Positions 1 through 9,136 of a stretch of 64,000 nt of DNA are shown in pieces (the first letter of the stretch is position 1; each line of letters starts with the position of its first letter). The notes beneath the pieces were generated by a model, which saw only the letters and a program-made list of their open reading frames with translations, was not told the origin of the DNA and made no database searches. Source of the DNA: Bacteroidota bacterium (GTDB lineage: Bacteria > Bacteroidota > Bacteroidia > UBA7662 > CANHCV01); NCBI GenBank assembly GCA_947459245.1, contig CANHCV010000004.1, positions 12,893-76,892 of the forward strand. Reading direction: 5' to 3'. The translations under genes and the position numbers were made by a program.

Positions 1-312
1 CCAAAGAATTTGCAAGTAACGTGGTGGGTAGTAGGTGTGGGCGTTGATCAACGCAAAATGACTTCCTTTGGAATTTTTGATGCCTAAATTAAAGGCGTGA
101 TTGGCGGTTTTTTGTGGATTTGAAATGAGTCGAATGCGGGAATCTTTTTGTTCCCATGCTGAAATGATTTCCAAAGTACCATCCGTTGAACCTCCATCAA
201 CAACTAAAATTTCTAAATCAAAAGTTGGGCATTCCTGATTGCTCATTTGGGAAAGAACCGAATCTATGGTTCTTTTTTCTTGGTAACACGGAATGATGGC
301 AGTGATAATCAT
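1..312 (-). CDS. GT2 family glycosyltransferase (runs off the window start; not in the ORF track)
   Basis: Manual translation of the reverse strand gives MIITAIIPCYQEKRTI...EILVVDGGSTDGT...NLGIKNSKG, a typical GT-A N-terminus. TACTTTTG lies 6 nt upstream. Confidence 0.9.
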   Translation of the reverse strand, partial: MIITAIIPCYQEKRTIDSVLSQMSNQECPTFDLEILVVDGGSTDGTLEIISAWEQKDSRIRLISNPQKTANHAFNLGIKNSKGSHFALINAHTYYPPRYLQILW

Positions 313-318
313 CTGTTG

Positions 319-326
319 CAAAAGTA
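319..326 (-). promoter_or_regulatory. Bacteroidota -7 promoter element (TACTTTTG)
   Basis: Exact TAnnTTTG match 6 nt before the ATG at 312. Confidence 0.6.
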
Positions 327-368
327 CATTTCTTTGGAATATTTTTCCATATCACTTCATTTTATGGG

Positions 369-376
369 TATTTTTG
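369..376 (+). promoter_or_regulatory. Bacteroidota -7 promoter element (TATTTTTG)
   Basis: Exact TAnnTTTG match 5 nt before the ATG at 382. Confidence 0.6.
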
Positions 377-381
377 TGTCA

Positions 382-1419
382 ATGCGAGTGATTTACATTG
401 GAAATAAGCTGAGTAAAACCGGCGGAATTAATCCAACCTCCATTGAAACGTTGGGGGTTCAATTGAAGGATATTGGCTGTGAAATGAAGTATTCCTCATC
501 GGTTAAAAATCAGTTTTTGCGGTGGTTGGATATGGCTTTTGCCATCATTCGCTTGCGCCGCTGGGCACAAATTGTTTTGATCGATACCTACAGCTCAAAA
601 GCGTTCTTTTTTGCTTGGTTGGTGGCTCGTTTGTGCTATTTCTTTAAGATTCCGTATTTCCCCATTTTAAGAGGTGGAAATTTGAAAGAACGAATTAAAA
701 GTTCTCCAAAACTTTGCGATCATGTCTTTTCCCATTCCTACATGAATATCGGTGTAAGTCATTTTTTGAAATCTACTTTTGAAGAAAAGGGGTATTCTTT
801 TCAGATGATTCCCAACAATATTCCTGTTCGGGAATACGAATTTCAAATTAGAAAGCAATGTAGTCCCCAAATTTTGTGGGTAAGGTCCATGAATCAGGTT
901 TACAATCCCTTGATGGCCCTCGATATTTTTAAATTGGTAAAAGTGGAATTTCCAGATGCCACCCTCGCCATGGTGGGCCCCGATAAAGACGGTAGTTTAG
1001 GCGAGTTCAACGAATATGCTAAAACATTGGGATTGAACGATTCAGCTTGGACCACCGGCGGAAAATCGAAAAAAGAATGGAGGGAATATTCCAAAGATTT
1101 TTCGGTTTTTTTGAGCACCACCAATATCGACAATACGCCCATTTCTGTCATTGAGGCCATGGCACTTGGCTTACCCGTTGTTACTACCAATGTGGGTGGA
1201 GTGCCATTCATCATTCAGAACGGAGAAAACGGATTGCTCTATCCTCCCAAAGATCCACAGGCCGGCGCTAATGCCATTCTTTCCATCTTGAAAAATGCTC
1301 AGCTTGCCGAAGAACTTTCTGCCAACGGACGGAAAACGGTGGAGGCCTGGGATTGGGAAGTGGTGAAACACCAATGGAAAAGTTTATTCGAATCGGCCAT
1401 CCAAAAATCAAAATCTTGA
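382..1419 (+). CDS. GT4 family glycosyltransferase
   Basis: DNTPISVIEAMALGLPVVTTNVGG GT-B motif. Start moved to MRVIYIG because the longer ORF overlaps the divergent gene. Confidence 0.9.
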   Translation: MRVIYIGNKLSKTGGINPTSIETLGVQLKDIGCEMKYSSSVKNQFLRWLDMAFAIIRLRRWAQIVLIDTYSSKAFFFAWLVARLCYFFKIPYFPILRGGNLKERIKSSPKLCDHVFSHSYMNIGVSHFLKSTFEEKGYSFQMIPNNIPVREYEFQIRKQCSPQILWVRSMNQVYNPLMALDIFKLVKVEFPDATLAMVGPDKDGSLGEFNEYAKTLGLNDSAWTTGGKSKKEWREYSKDFSVFLSTTNIDNTPISVIEAMALGLPVVTTNVGGVPFIIQNGENGLLYPPKDPQAGANAILSILKNAQLAEELSANGRKTVEAWDWEVVKHQWKSLFESAIQKSKS

Positions 1420-2606
1420 AAATCATTGTTTTTTACCAGTATTTCGGCACCCCGAACGGCGGTTGGAGCACCCGCGTGTACGAAATGTGCCGAAGGTGGG
1501 TTGCTCAAGGAGCGGAAGTAACGGTGGTGACCAGCCCTTACGACAAATCCGATATTTCAGCTCAGCGGTTTTTTGACACCCAATATTTTGAAGGCATCAA
1601 GGTTAAAATCATCAACCTTCCTCAATCCAATAAACACCCCATTTGGAAACGAATTTATACGTTTCTTGGATTTTCATTTTTCTCACTTTGGTATGCATTG
1701 GTAGAGAACTACGACATTGCCATCGCTTCTTCGGGTCCCATTACCATCGGTTTGCCTGGCTTGGTGGCCAAGTGGATTCGTAGGAAGAAACTGATTTTTG
1801 AAGTTCGGGATTTATGGCCATTAGGAGCCATAGAATTGGGAATGATTCGAAACAAAGGACTTCAAAAAATAGCTCTTTTTGCTGAAAAAACCTTTTACCA
1901 AGCTTCCGATTTTATTGTCACTTGTTCGGATGGCATGACTGAAAATATCCAAAAACGATTTCCCAAATTGGATGTTCGAACCATCCCCAATGCCAGCGAT
2001 GTTGCGCTTTTTCAAAAGAAAACCTCATTTGTTTTGCCTGAAAAATATCAAGGTAAAAAAATCGTTGTTTACACCGGTTCGTTGGGAGCCATGGACAATT
2101 GCGAGCAAATGATTCGTGGAATTGCAGCGTTTTCTCCTCGAACAGATGTTTGTTTTGTGATCATTGGAGAGGGAGCAGAAAAGCCTCAACTCATGGATCT
2201 CGCTCGAACCTTGCAAATTCAAAACATTGAATTTTTGGGTTTAATTCCGAAGGTGGAGGTGATTGGGTGGTTGCAAAACGCGTATGCTGCGTTGGTTACT
2301 TTCCGCAATTTGGAAGTTTTTCAAACCAGCTCTCCCAATAAGTTGTTTGATGCTTTCGCTGCAGGGGTTCCCCTCATTCAAAATACCCAAGGTTGGATCA
2401 AAAGCTTGTTCATCGAAGTTCCCTGCGGCATCAATGTTCCTCAAGAGAATGCTGCTGAATTTGGAAAAGCCATCGAGAGAATGGTAACTTCTGCAGAAGA
2501 TCGGAACGAAATGGCTGCAAAATCAAAATTGCTTGGAGAAACCAAGTTTAATCGGGATCATTTGGCCGAAGAATATTTTCAATGGATGAAAAAATTAAGG
2601 CCATGA
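1416..2606 (+). CDS. GT4 family glycosyltransferase (WbuB-like)
   Basis: YQYF, FEVRDLWP and SPNKLFDAFAAG motifs; TTG start overlaps the upstream TGA. Confidence 0.9.
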   Translation: MKIIVFYQYFGTPNGGWSTRVYEMCRRWVAQGAEVTVVTSPYDKSDISAQRFFDTQYFEGIKVKIINLPQSNKHPIWKRIYTFLGFSFFSLWYALVENYDIAIASSGPITIGLPGLVAKWIRRKKLIFEVRDLWPLGAIELGMIRNKGLQKIALFAEKTFYQASDFIVTCSDGMTENIQKRFPKLDVRTIPNASDVALFQKKTSFVLPEKYQGKKIVVYTGSLGAMDNCEQMIRGIAAFSPRTDVCFVIIGEGAEKPQLMDLARTLQIQNIEFLGLIPKVEVIGWLQNAYAALVTFRNLEVFQTSSPNKLFDAFAAGVPLIQNTQGWIKSLFIEVPCGINVPQENAAEFGKAIERMVTSAEDRNEMAAKSKLLGETKFNRDHLAEEYFQWMKKLRP

Positions 2607-3508
2607 AAAAAGTGCTGTTAACCGGATCCTCCGGATTTTTAGGAAAATACCTTTTGAAGGCTTGCGATGAAAATGATTTTTCTGCCGTAAGTGTGGGTCG
2701 CTCTTCGGCTAATCAGGTGGTGTGCGATTTGAAAACGGCCGTTCCGCAAATTCCAAAGGAGGAGTTCGAAAAGGTGATCTTTGCCGCTGGAAAAGCGCAT
2801 TTGGTTCCCAAAACGGAAGCGGAAAAACAAGACTTTTTCGATGTGAACGTTACGGGATTAAAGCATTTCTTGGAAGGCCTTCAAGGCGTGAAAGTGAATC
2901 AATTTGTTTTCATCAGTACGGTGTCGGTTTACGGTTTGTGGAAGGGCAATAACATTTCCGAAAGTGATCCGCTTTTGTCGGAAGAGCCGTATGGAAAGTC
3001 GAAAATTGAAGCCGAGGAAATGTTGGTGAATTGGGGAAATAAACATGATGTGCCGGTTATCATTTTCCGAATTCCCTTGTTGGCTGGAGCAAATCCGCCT
3101 GGAAATTTGGGCGAAATGATCGCGGCTATCAATAAAAATCGGTACCCCCGACTAGGTAAAGGATCAGCACGGAAATCGATGGTCTTGGCCGAGGATGTGG
3201 CTCAATTTTGCTTGCATCTTAAAGGACAAGAATCCGGAATTTTTAATCTAACCGACCAGCAACATCCTTCTTTTTTTGAAATTGAAATGCATTTGAGAAA
3301 GCAACTAAACAAGCCTAATTCGATCGTAATTCCAACTTTTGTAGCTCGGTTGTTGGCGTTGTTCGGTGACTTGCTTCCGAAATTTCCGATGGATTCCCAT
3401 CGTTATAAAAAAATGACCTTGGACCTAACATTCGATTCTAGGAAAGCGGCCTCGGAATTGGGTTGGAAACCGCGCAGGGTTATCGATGTTGATTTCTTGA
3501 AAAAATGA
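2603..3508 (+). CDS. NAD-dependent epimerase/dehydratase (nucleotide-sugar)
   Basis: TGSSGFLG Rossmann motif, YGKSK catalytic motif, ATGA overlap with the upstream stop. Confidence 0.9.
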   Translation: MKKVLLTGSSGFLGKYLLKACDENDFSAVSVGRSSANQVVCDLKTAVPQIPKEEFEKVIFAAGKAHLVPKTEAEKQDFFDVNVTGLKHFLEGLQGVKVNQFVFISTVSVYGLWKGNNISESDPLLSEEPYGKSKIEAEEMLVNWGNKHDVPVIIFRIPLLAGANPPGNLGEMIAAINKNRYPRLGKGSARKSMVLAEDVAQFCLHLKGQESGIFNLTDQQHPSFFEIEMHLRKQLNKPNSIVIPTFVARLLALFGDLLPKFPMDSHRYKKMTLDLTFDSRKAASELGWKPRRVIDVDFLKK

Positions 3509-3599
3509 TCCCTTTTCTTCGGCGAGAAATGTGAATAATTATTGCCGATTGTCTGATAAGTTGTGCAGGATTGGTTCTACATTTTCTTGCAGAAAATCT

Positions 3600-3607
3600 T
3601 ACCTTTG
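3600..3607 (+). promoter_or_regulatory. -7 promoter element of clpC (TACCTTTG)
   Basis: Exact TAnnTTTG match 22 nt before the start. Confidence 0.6.
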
Positions 3608-3629
3608 AAGCTATTAAAATGGTAATTCC

Positions 3630-6215
3630 ATGGATGCTAAATTTTCTCCTAGAGTCAAAGATGTCATTAATTTAAGTCGAGAAGAGGCCATACGTTTGGG
3701 CCATGATCATATCGGTGCGGAACACTTCCTGTTGGGAATGATTCGGGAAGGCGATGGACAAGCCATTCGGGTGCTTAAATCCCTTGATGTAGAAATTGAT
3801 CAGCTCCAAAATCAAATGGAGAATGCGGTGAATTCCGGTAAGATTGCTCGCGTTAATGCAATTGAGCAAATTCCGATGACCAAACAAGCCGAGAAGATTT
3901 TGAAAATCACTTACTTAGAAGCAAAAATTTTCAAGAGTGATACCATTGGTACCATTCATTTGTTGCTTTCCATTCTTCGTGAAGAGGATTGCCTCGCTTC
4001 TCGCATCCTCAACCGTTTTGGAGTGAATTATTCCAATGTTAAAATGAAAATGGAGCAAATGGGAGAAGGTGGGAATTCCAATAAACCCAGTTCTTCCGAT
4101 AATTTCTTTACCAGAAACGAACCATCCAACGAGGCAAATCCCTTTGGGAACGATGATTCTTTCGACGATGACGAACCCAAAGGAATGGATTCCAATAAAA
4201 AACAAAATAACAGCAAATCCAAAACGCCTGTTTTGGATAATTTCGGCAGGGACTTGTCCAAATTAGCGGAAGAAGGAAAGCTAGATCCCATCATTGGCCG
4301 AGAAAAGGAAATCGAACGCGTATCTCAGATCCTTTCTCGTCGCAAAAAAAATAATCCCATTCTCATTGGTGAACCTGGAGTTGGGAAAACCGCTATTGCG
4401 GAAGGATTAGCCCTTCGAATTTTGCAAAAAAAGGTCTCTAGAATTCTATTCAACAAGCGAATCATTACCCTGGATTTGTCTTCCCTGGTTGCCGGTACCA
4501 AATACCGTGGGCAGTTTGAGGAGCGCATGAAAGCAGTGATGGGAGAGTTGGAAAAGAATTCCGATATCATTCTTTTTATCGATGAAATTCATACCATTGT
4601 AGGTGCTGGTGGAGCAAGCGGAAGCTTGGACGCTTCGAACATGTTCAAACCCGCCTTGGCACGAGGGGAAATTCAATGCATTGGAGCTACAACCTTGAAC
4701 GAGTACCGACAGTACATCGAGAAAGATGGTGCCTTGGATCGTCGTTTCCAAAAAGTTTTGGTCGATCCGCCAACCCCGGAAGAAACCATCCAAATCATTG
4801 GGAACATCCGTGAGAAATACGAAGATCATCACCGTGTTCAATACACCGAAGAAGCGATCGCCGCCTGCGTTACCCTTACGGAAAGGTACATTACCGATCG
4901 ATTTTTGCCCGATAAAGCCATCGATGCGTTGGACGAGGCCGGAGCTCGCGTTCACCTTTCTAACATTCAAGTTCCGACTGAAATTTTGGAACTCGAAAAT
5001 CAGATTGAAGAATTGAAGCTGGAGAAAAGAAAGGTCATTGAAGCCTCTAAATACGAGCAAGCTGCCCAATTGCGCGACAAAGAAAAATTGGTAGAAAACG
5101 AATTGGCAGCCGCAAAAAATGCTTGGGAAACCGAGGCGAAAGCCAAACGATACATGGTTACCGATGAGGACGTTGCCCAAGTGGTGGCCATGATGTCGGG
5201 AATTCCTGTTACCAAAATCGCCCAAAGCGAAACCGACAAATTGGCGAAAATGAAGGAAACCTTGAAAAGCAAGGTAATCGGTCAGGATAAGGCGATTGAG
5301 GCCATTTCAAAAGCCATTCAACGTACCCGCGTTGGACTAAAAGACCCCAAAAAGCCCATTGGCTCCTTCGTGTTTTTAGGTCCAACAGGCGTTGGAAAAA
5401 CGCAATTGGCCAAAGAATTGGCTCGCTTCCTTTTCGATTCTGAAGATTCATTGATTCGCATCGACATGAGCGAATACATGGAGAAGTTTTCGGTTTCACG
5501 ATTGGTGGGAGCTCCCCCCGGATACGTTGGGTACGAAGAAGGCGGCCAATTGACCGAAAAGGTTCGCAGAAAACCTTATTCCGTTATTTTGTTGGATGAA
5601 ATTGAAAAAGCACACCCCGATATTTTCAATGTTTTGTTGCAGGTTTTGGATGACGGTCAGTTGACCGATGGATTGGGTAGAAAAGTAGATTTCAAGAATA
5701 CCATCATCATCATGACTTCCAACATTGGATCTCGTCAATTGAAGGAATTCGGCACGGGTGTTGGATTTACAACGGCAACCAAAAAGGAAACCGAAGACGT
5801 GGAATCTCGTGGTGTTATTGAAAAAGCGTTGAAACGCGCCTTCGCACCTGAATTTTTGAACCGAATTGATGATGTTATCGTCTTCAACCAACTCACTCGA
5901 GCCGACATTCACCAGATCATCGATGTTTCTTTGAAAGGTGTTCTTCGTCGCATCGAAACGTTGGGATATGAGGTTGAATTAACGGATGAAGCCAAAGACG
6001 TGCTGGCCGAAAAAGGTTACAGTCCAGATTTTGGAGCACGTCCTCTGCAACGCGTCATTCAAAAGTACATCGAAGATAAATTGGCCGAAAAAATCTTGTC
6101 AGGCGAGCTTCATTTGGGCGATAAAATCATCGTTTCAAAAAATGCGGAAGGCGAAATTGTTTTGGAAAATAAAAAGAAATCGTCTAAAAAATCAAAAACT
6201 GAAACCGAGGAATAA
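3630..6215 (+). CDS. clpC: ATP-dependent Clp protease ATP-binding subunit ClpC
   Basis: Clp N repeats, two Walker A motifs (GEPGVGKT, GPTGVGKT), short UVR-type middle domain, VGF ClpP-docking loop. Confidence 0.95.
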   Translation: MDAKFSPRVKDVINLSREEAIRLGHDHIGAEHFLLGMIREGDGQAIRVLKSLDVEIDQLQNQMENAVNSGKIARVNAIEQIPMTKQAEKILKITYLEAKIFKSDTIGTIHLLLSILREEDCLASRILNRFGVNYSNVKMKMEQMGEGGNSNKPSSSDNFFTRNEPSNEANPFGNDDSFDDDEPKGMDSNKKQNNSKSKTPVLDNFGRDLSKLAEEGKLDPIIGREKEIERVSQILSRRKKNNPILIGEPGVGKTAIAEGLALRILQKKVSRILFNKRIITLDLSSLVAGTKYRGQFEERMKAVMGELEKNSDIILFIDEIHTIVGAGGASGSLDASNMFKPALARGEIQCIGATTLNEYRQYIEKDGALDRRFQKVLVDPPTPEETIQIIGNIREKYEDHHRVQYTEEAIAACVTLTERYITDRFLPDKAIDALDEAGARVHLSNIQVPTEILELENQIEELKLEKRKVIEASKYEQAAQLRDKEKLVENELAAAKNAWETEAKAKRYMVTDEDVAQVVAMMSGIPVTKIAQSETDKLAKMKETLKSKVIGQDKAIEAISKAIQRTRVGLKDPKKPIGSFVFLGPTGVGKTQLAKELARFLFDSEDSLIRIDMSEYMEKFSVSRLVGAPPGYVGYEEGGQLTEKVRRKPYSVILLDEIEKAHPDIFNVLLQVLDDGQLTDGLGRKVDFKNTIIIMTSNIGSRQLKEFGTGVGFTTATKKETEDVESRGVIEKALKRAFAPEFLNRIDDVIVFNQLTRADIHQIIDVSLKGVLRRIETLGYEVELTDEAKDVLAEKGYSPDFGARPLQRVIQKYIEDKLAEKILSGELHLGDKIIVSKNAEGEIVLENKKKSSKKSKTETEE

Positions 6216-6223
6216 ACGCATTC

Positions 6224-7051
6224 ATGGCCTATACCGACCAATTTAAGGAAGGAGAAGAATCTCCAAAAGAAATGTCTTTCTTAGAACATCTTGATGAACT
6301 TCGCAAGTACATTTTTCGATCAGTCATTGCCATTGGTATTGGATTTCTGATTGCCTTATTGAACCAGGAGTTCATTTTTGATACCATCATTTTTGGACCA
6401 ACCCATTCTGATTTTTTAACCTACCGATGGTTGTGTGAGTTGGCTCAGAAATATCCTTCGCTCGGGGCTTTGTGTTTTGAAATGAAAGAATTCAAACTCA
6501 TAGCTACAGATATGGATGCCCAATTCATGAGGTACATGTCGGGCAGTTTAATTGCCGGTGCCATTGTGGCATTTCCGTTTGTGATTTACCAGTTGTGGAC
6601 GTTTGTTAAGCCAGCGTTGAAGCAAAAAGAAATTCAATCCGTTCGCGGGATGACCTTTATAATTACGGGCTTATTTTTCATGGGTGTTTTGTTTGGTTAT
6701 TTTTTGATTGCTCCGTTTTCCATCGCGTTTTTTGCCAATTTTAAACTTTCACCCCAAATTGAAAACTATTTCAACATTGAAAGTTACATTTCAATCTTAA
6801 CCATGTTAACCTTGGCTACAGGATTGGTGTTTCAATTCCCAGTTTTGTGTTATTTCCTAGCCAAAGTGAGTATTTTAACTTCGGAGTTTCTTCGGAAATA
6901 TCGCAAACATTCGGTGGTGGTCATCAGCGTGATTGCAGCGGCAATTACGTATGATGTGATTTCCTTGGTCCTCATGATGATTCCACTTTGGGGATTGTAT
7001 GAAATCAGTATTTTTGTTGTTCGACGTGCCGAAAAAACTTTAGATAAATGA
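6224..7051 (+). CDS. tatC: Twin-arginine translocase subunit TatC
   Basis: MSFLEHLDELR, YQLWTFVKPAL and LYEISI motifs; about 6 TM segments. Confidence 0.93.
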   Translation: MAYTDQFKEGEESPKEMSFLEHLDELRKYIFRSVIAIGIGFLIALLNQEFIFDTIIFGPTHSDFLTYRWLCELAQKYPSLGALCFEMKEFKLIATDMDAQFMRYMSGSLIAGAIVAFPFVIYQLWTFVKPALKQKEIQSVRGMTFIITGLFFMGVLFGYFLIAPFSIAFFANFKLSPQIENYFNIESYISILTMLTLATGLVFQFPVLCYFLAKVSILTSEFLRKYRKHSVVVISVIAAAITYDVISLVLMMIPLWGLYEISIFVVRRAEKTLDK

Positions 7052-7473
7052 AATGGATCATCGCTTCCGACCATGCGGGATTTGAGTTGAAACAAGAAAT
7101 CATTCGCCATTTTCCTCAGTTAGAATTCCAGGATTTAGGTCCGGAATCAACCGATTCTGTGAATTACGCCGATTATGCTCATCGGTTAGCTGAAATGATT
7201 GAGCACCAAAAGGCCGACCGCGGGATTTTGATTTGTGGAAGTGGGGTAGGAGTGAGCATAACCGCCAATCGACATGCCAACGTTCGAGCTGCCCTTTGTT
7301 GGCAACCCGAAATTGCCCGATTGTGCAGGCAGCACAACGATGCCAATGTCATGTGCCTTCCTGCTCGATTCATTTCCGTGGAACAAGCCATCGAAATGAT
7401 CCAAATTTTCGTTTCTGAACCGTTTGAAGGCGGTCGCCACCAAACACGAGTATCATCCATTGAATGTTGCTAA
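7048..7473 (+). CDS. rpiB: Ribose-5-phosphate isomerase B
   Basis: SDHAG, ICGSGVG, HNDAN and FEGGRH motifs. Confidence 0.95.
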   Translation: MKWIIASDHAGFELKQEIIRHFPQLEFQDLGPESTDSVNYADYAHRLAEMIEHQKADRGILICGSGVGVSITANRHANVRAALCWQPEIARLCRQHNDANVMCLPARFISVEQAIEMIQIFVSEPFEGGRHQTRVSSIECC

Positions 7474-7474
7474 C

Positions 7475-9136
7475 ATGAGAAAATCATTATCCCTGTTTTT
7501 TGCGTTTTTAAGCGCATCTTTGTTTGCCCAAGTTCCCCAAGAAGGGTTGAAGTTTTTCAATCGTGGAGAATTGGAACAAATGATTCAAACCATAGGCGGC
7601 CCTTCGTTTCAAGGAAGGGGCGTAGGCCAACCCGGCTACCGCATGGCCGCCGATTACATTGCCCAAAATTTACGGGAGTGGGGCTTTCAAGAATTGAATC
7701 CCAACCCCAATACCTTGGTCAAAGAACCCGGATTTTTTCAAATGGTTCCCATGTGGAAGGAATCCATCAAAAGTGCAAACATCGCATCTTCCACCAAAGC
7801 GGTCATGTTGGGAGAACAGTTTGTTCCTTACCGAACCAATGGAATGAGTCAACTTACTGTTGAGGAATGGGTTTTCCTTGGATATGGAATTGAAGATGCG
7901 AAGTACACCGATTTTGAGGTTAAAACAGACGTTCGTGGAAAGGGAGTGATTATTTGGGATGGAGAACCTCAACAAAAAAATGGAAATTATTTGTTGAGTG
8001 GAAGCAAACAAGCCAGCAAATGGGGGCGTTTACAAACCAAAATCGAGAATTTATCCAAAAAAGGAGCGGTATGTGTTTTGGTGGTGACGCAAAACCCAGC
8101 GACCATTCAATCTCAACTCAACCGATGGAAAGAACCACGTATTCAGCTTGATACCACTTATTTAGATGTTTTGAAAGGCCAACGTTTTGATGTTGCTCCA
8201 GAAGAAAAGCTAATGCCAGTTCAAGAAATGGTGTTGGCTGATCCCTCTCAACAACCGAAGCCTGCCCCCAAAGCAGTTACCCGCCCCCCCGTTTTTTACA
8301 TCATGGAAAATTCGGCCATGGAAATTTTTCCAACATTACCATGGAAAAAAATGATCAAAGCACGTCAATCTTTGAAAACCATGGCCAATCAAGGAGTTTT
8401 GATGAATGTGTCGCTTTCGGTTCAAAAGAATTTGGAGAAAATTGAAGAACCCAACGTGGTGGGATACATTCCCGGTGAAAGTGGAAAAACCGTGGTGGTG
8501 TCGGCTCACTTGGACCACCTTGGCATACACGAAGGGAAAGTTTATCCTGGAGCCGACGATGATGGTTCAGGTTCATCCGCCATTTTGATGATGGCAAAAA
8601 ACATCATTGAATTAAAGAAGGCCAATTTCCCGTTTCAAAATGGAATCCTATTCGTTTGGTTTACCGGAGAGGAAAGCGGACTTTTAGGGTCGGAGGTTTT
8701 TGCCAACGTTCCTACCATCAAAAAGGAGAATATCATTTGCAATTTGAACGTTGACATGATCGGGAGAAACGATCAGATTCACCAAGGAAATACCGATTAT
8801 TTGTATTTGATAGGATCGGATAGAATTAGCCAACGATTGCACGAGATTTCTGAACAAGTAAACGAAAGGTGCTGCCAGCTAAAACTGGATTATACCTACA
8901 ACGATGAAAAAGATCCAAACCGGTATTATTACCGAAGCGATCATTACAATTTTGCCGAAAAAGGAATTCCAGTCATTTTTTACTTCAAGGGAGTTCACGA
9001 AGATTACCACAAACCAACCGATACGGTTGATAAAATTGAATTGGATTCTTATCTCAAAGCGTGCCGTTTGGTGTATGAAACGGCTTACGAACTCATTTCT
9101 CGTTCCGAAGATTTACCGCGAAAAACCAAAAAATAA
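7475..9136 (+). CDS. M28 family metallopeptidase with PA domain, secreted
   Basis: Signal peptide; SAHLDH, GADDDGSG, GEESGL, NVDMIG, RSDH and YH motifs. Confidence 0.9.
   Translation: MRKSLSLFFAFLSASLFAQVPQEGLKFFNRGELEQMIQTIGGPSFQGRGVGQPGYRMAADYIAQNLREWGFQELNPNPNTLVKEPGFFQMVPMWKESIKSANIASSTKAVMLGEQFVPYRTNGMSQLTVEEWVFLGYGIEDAKYTDFEVKTDVRGKGVIIWDGEPQQKNGNYLLSGSKQASKWGRLQTKIENLSKKGAVCVLVVTQNPATIQSQLNRWKEPRIQLDTTYLDVLKGQRFDVAPEEKLMPVQEMVLADPSQQPKPAPKAVTRPPVFYIMENSAMEIFPTLPWKKMIKARQSLKTMANQGVLMNVSLSVQKNLEKIEEPNVVGYIPGESGKTVVVSAHLDHLGIHEGKVYPGADDDGSGSSAILMMAKNIIELKKANFPFQNGILFVWFTGEESGLLGSEVFANVPTIKKENIICNLNVDMIGRNDQIHQGNTDYLYLIGSDRISQRLHEISEQVNERCCQLKLDYTYNDEKDPNRYYYRSDHYNFAEKGIPVIFYFKGVHEDYHKPTDTVDKIELDSYLKACRLVYETAYELISRSEDLPRKTKK

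Noticed and set aside
4446-5225. 259-aa antisense ORF, and the many other short nested ORFs in the track
   Set aside because: They are shadows of strong genes (here clpC) with no motifs or expression signals
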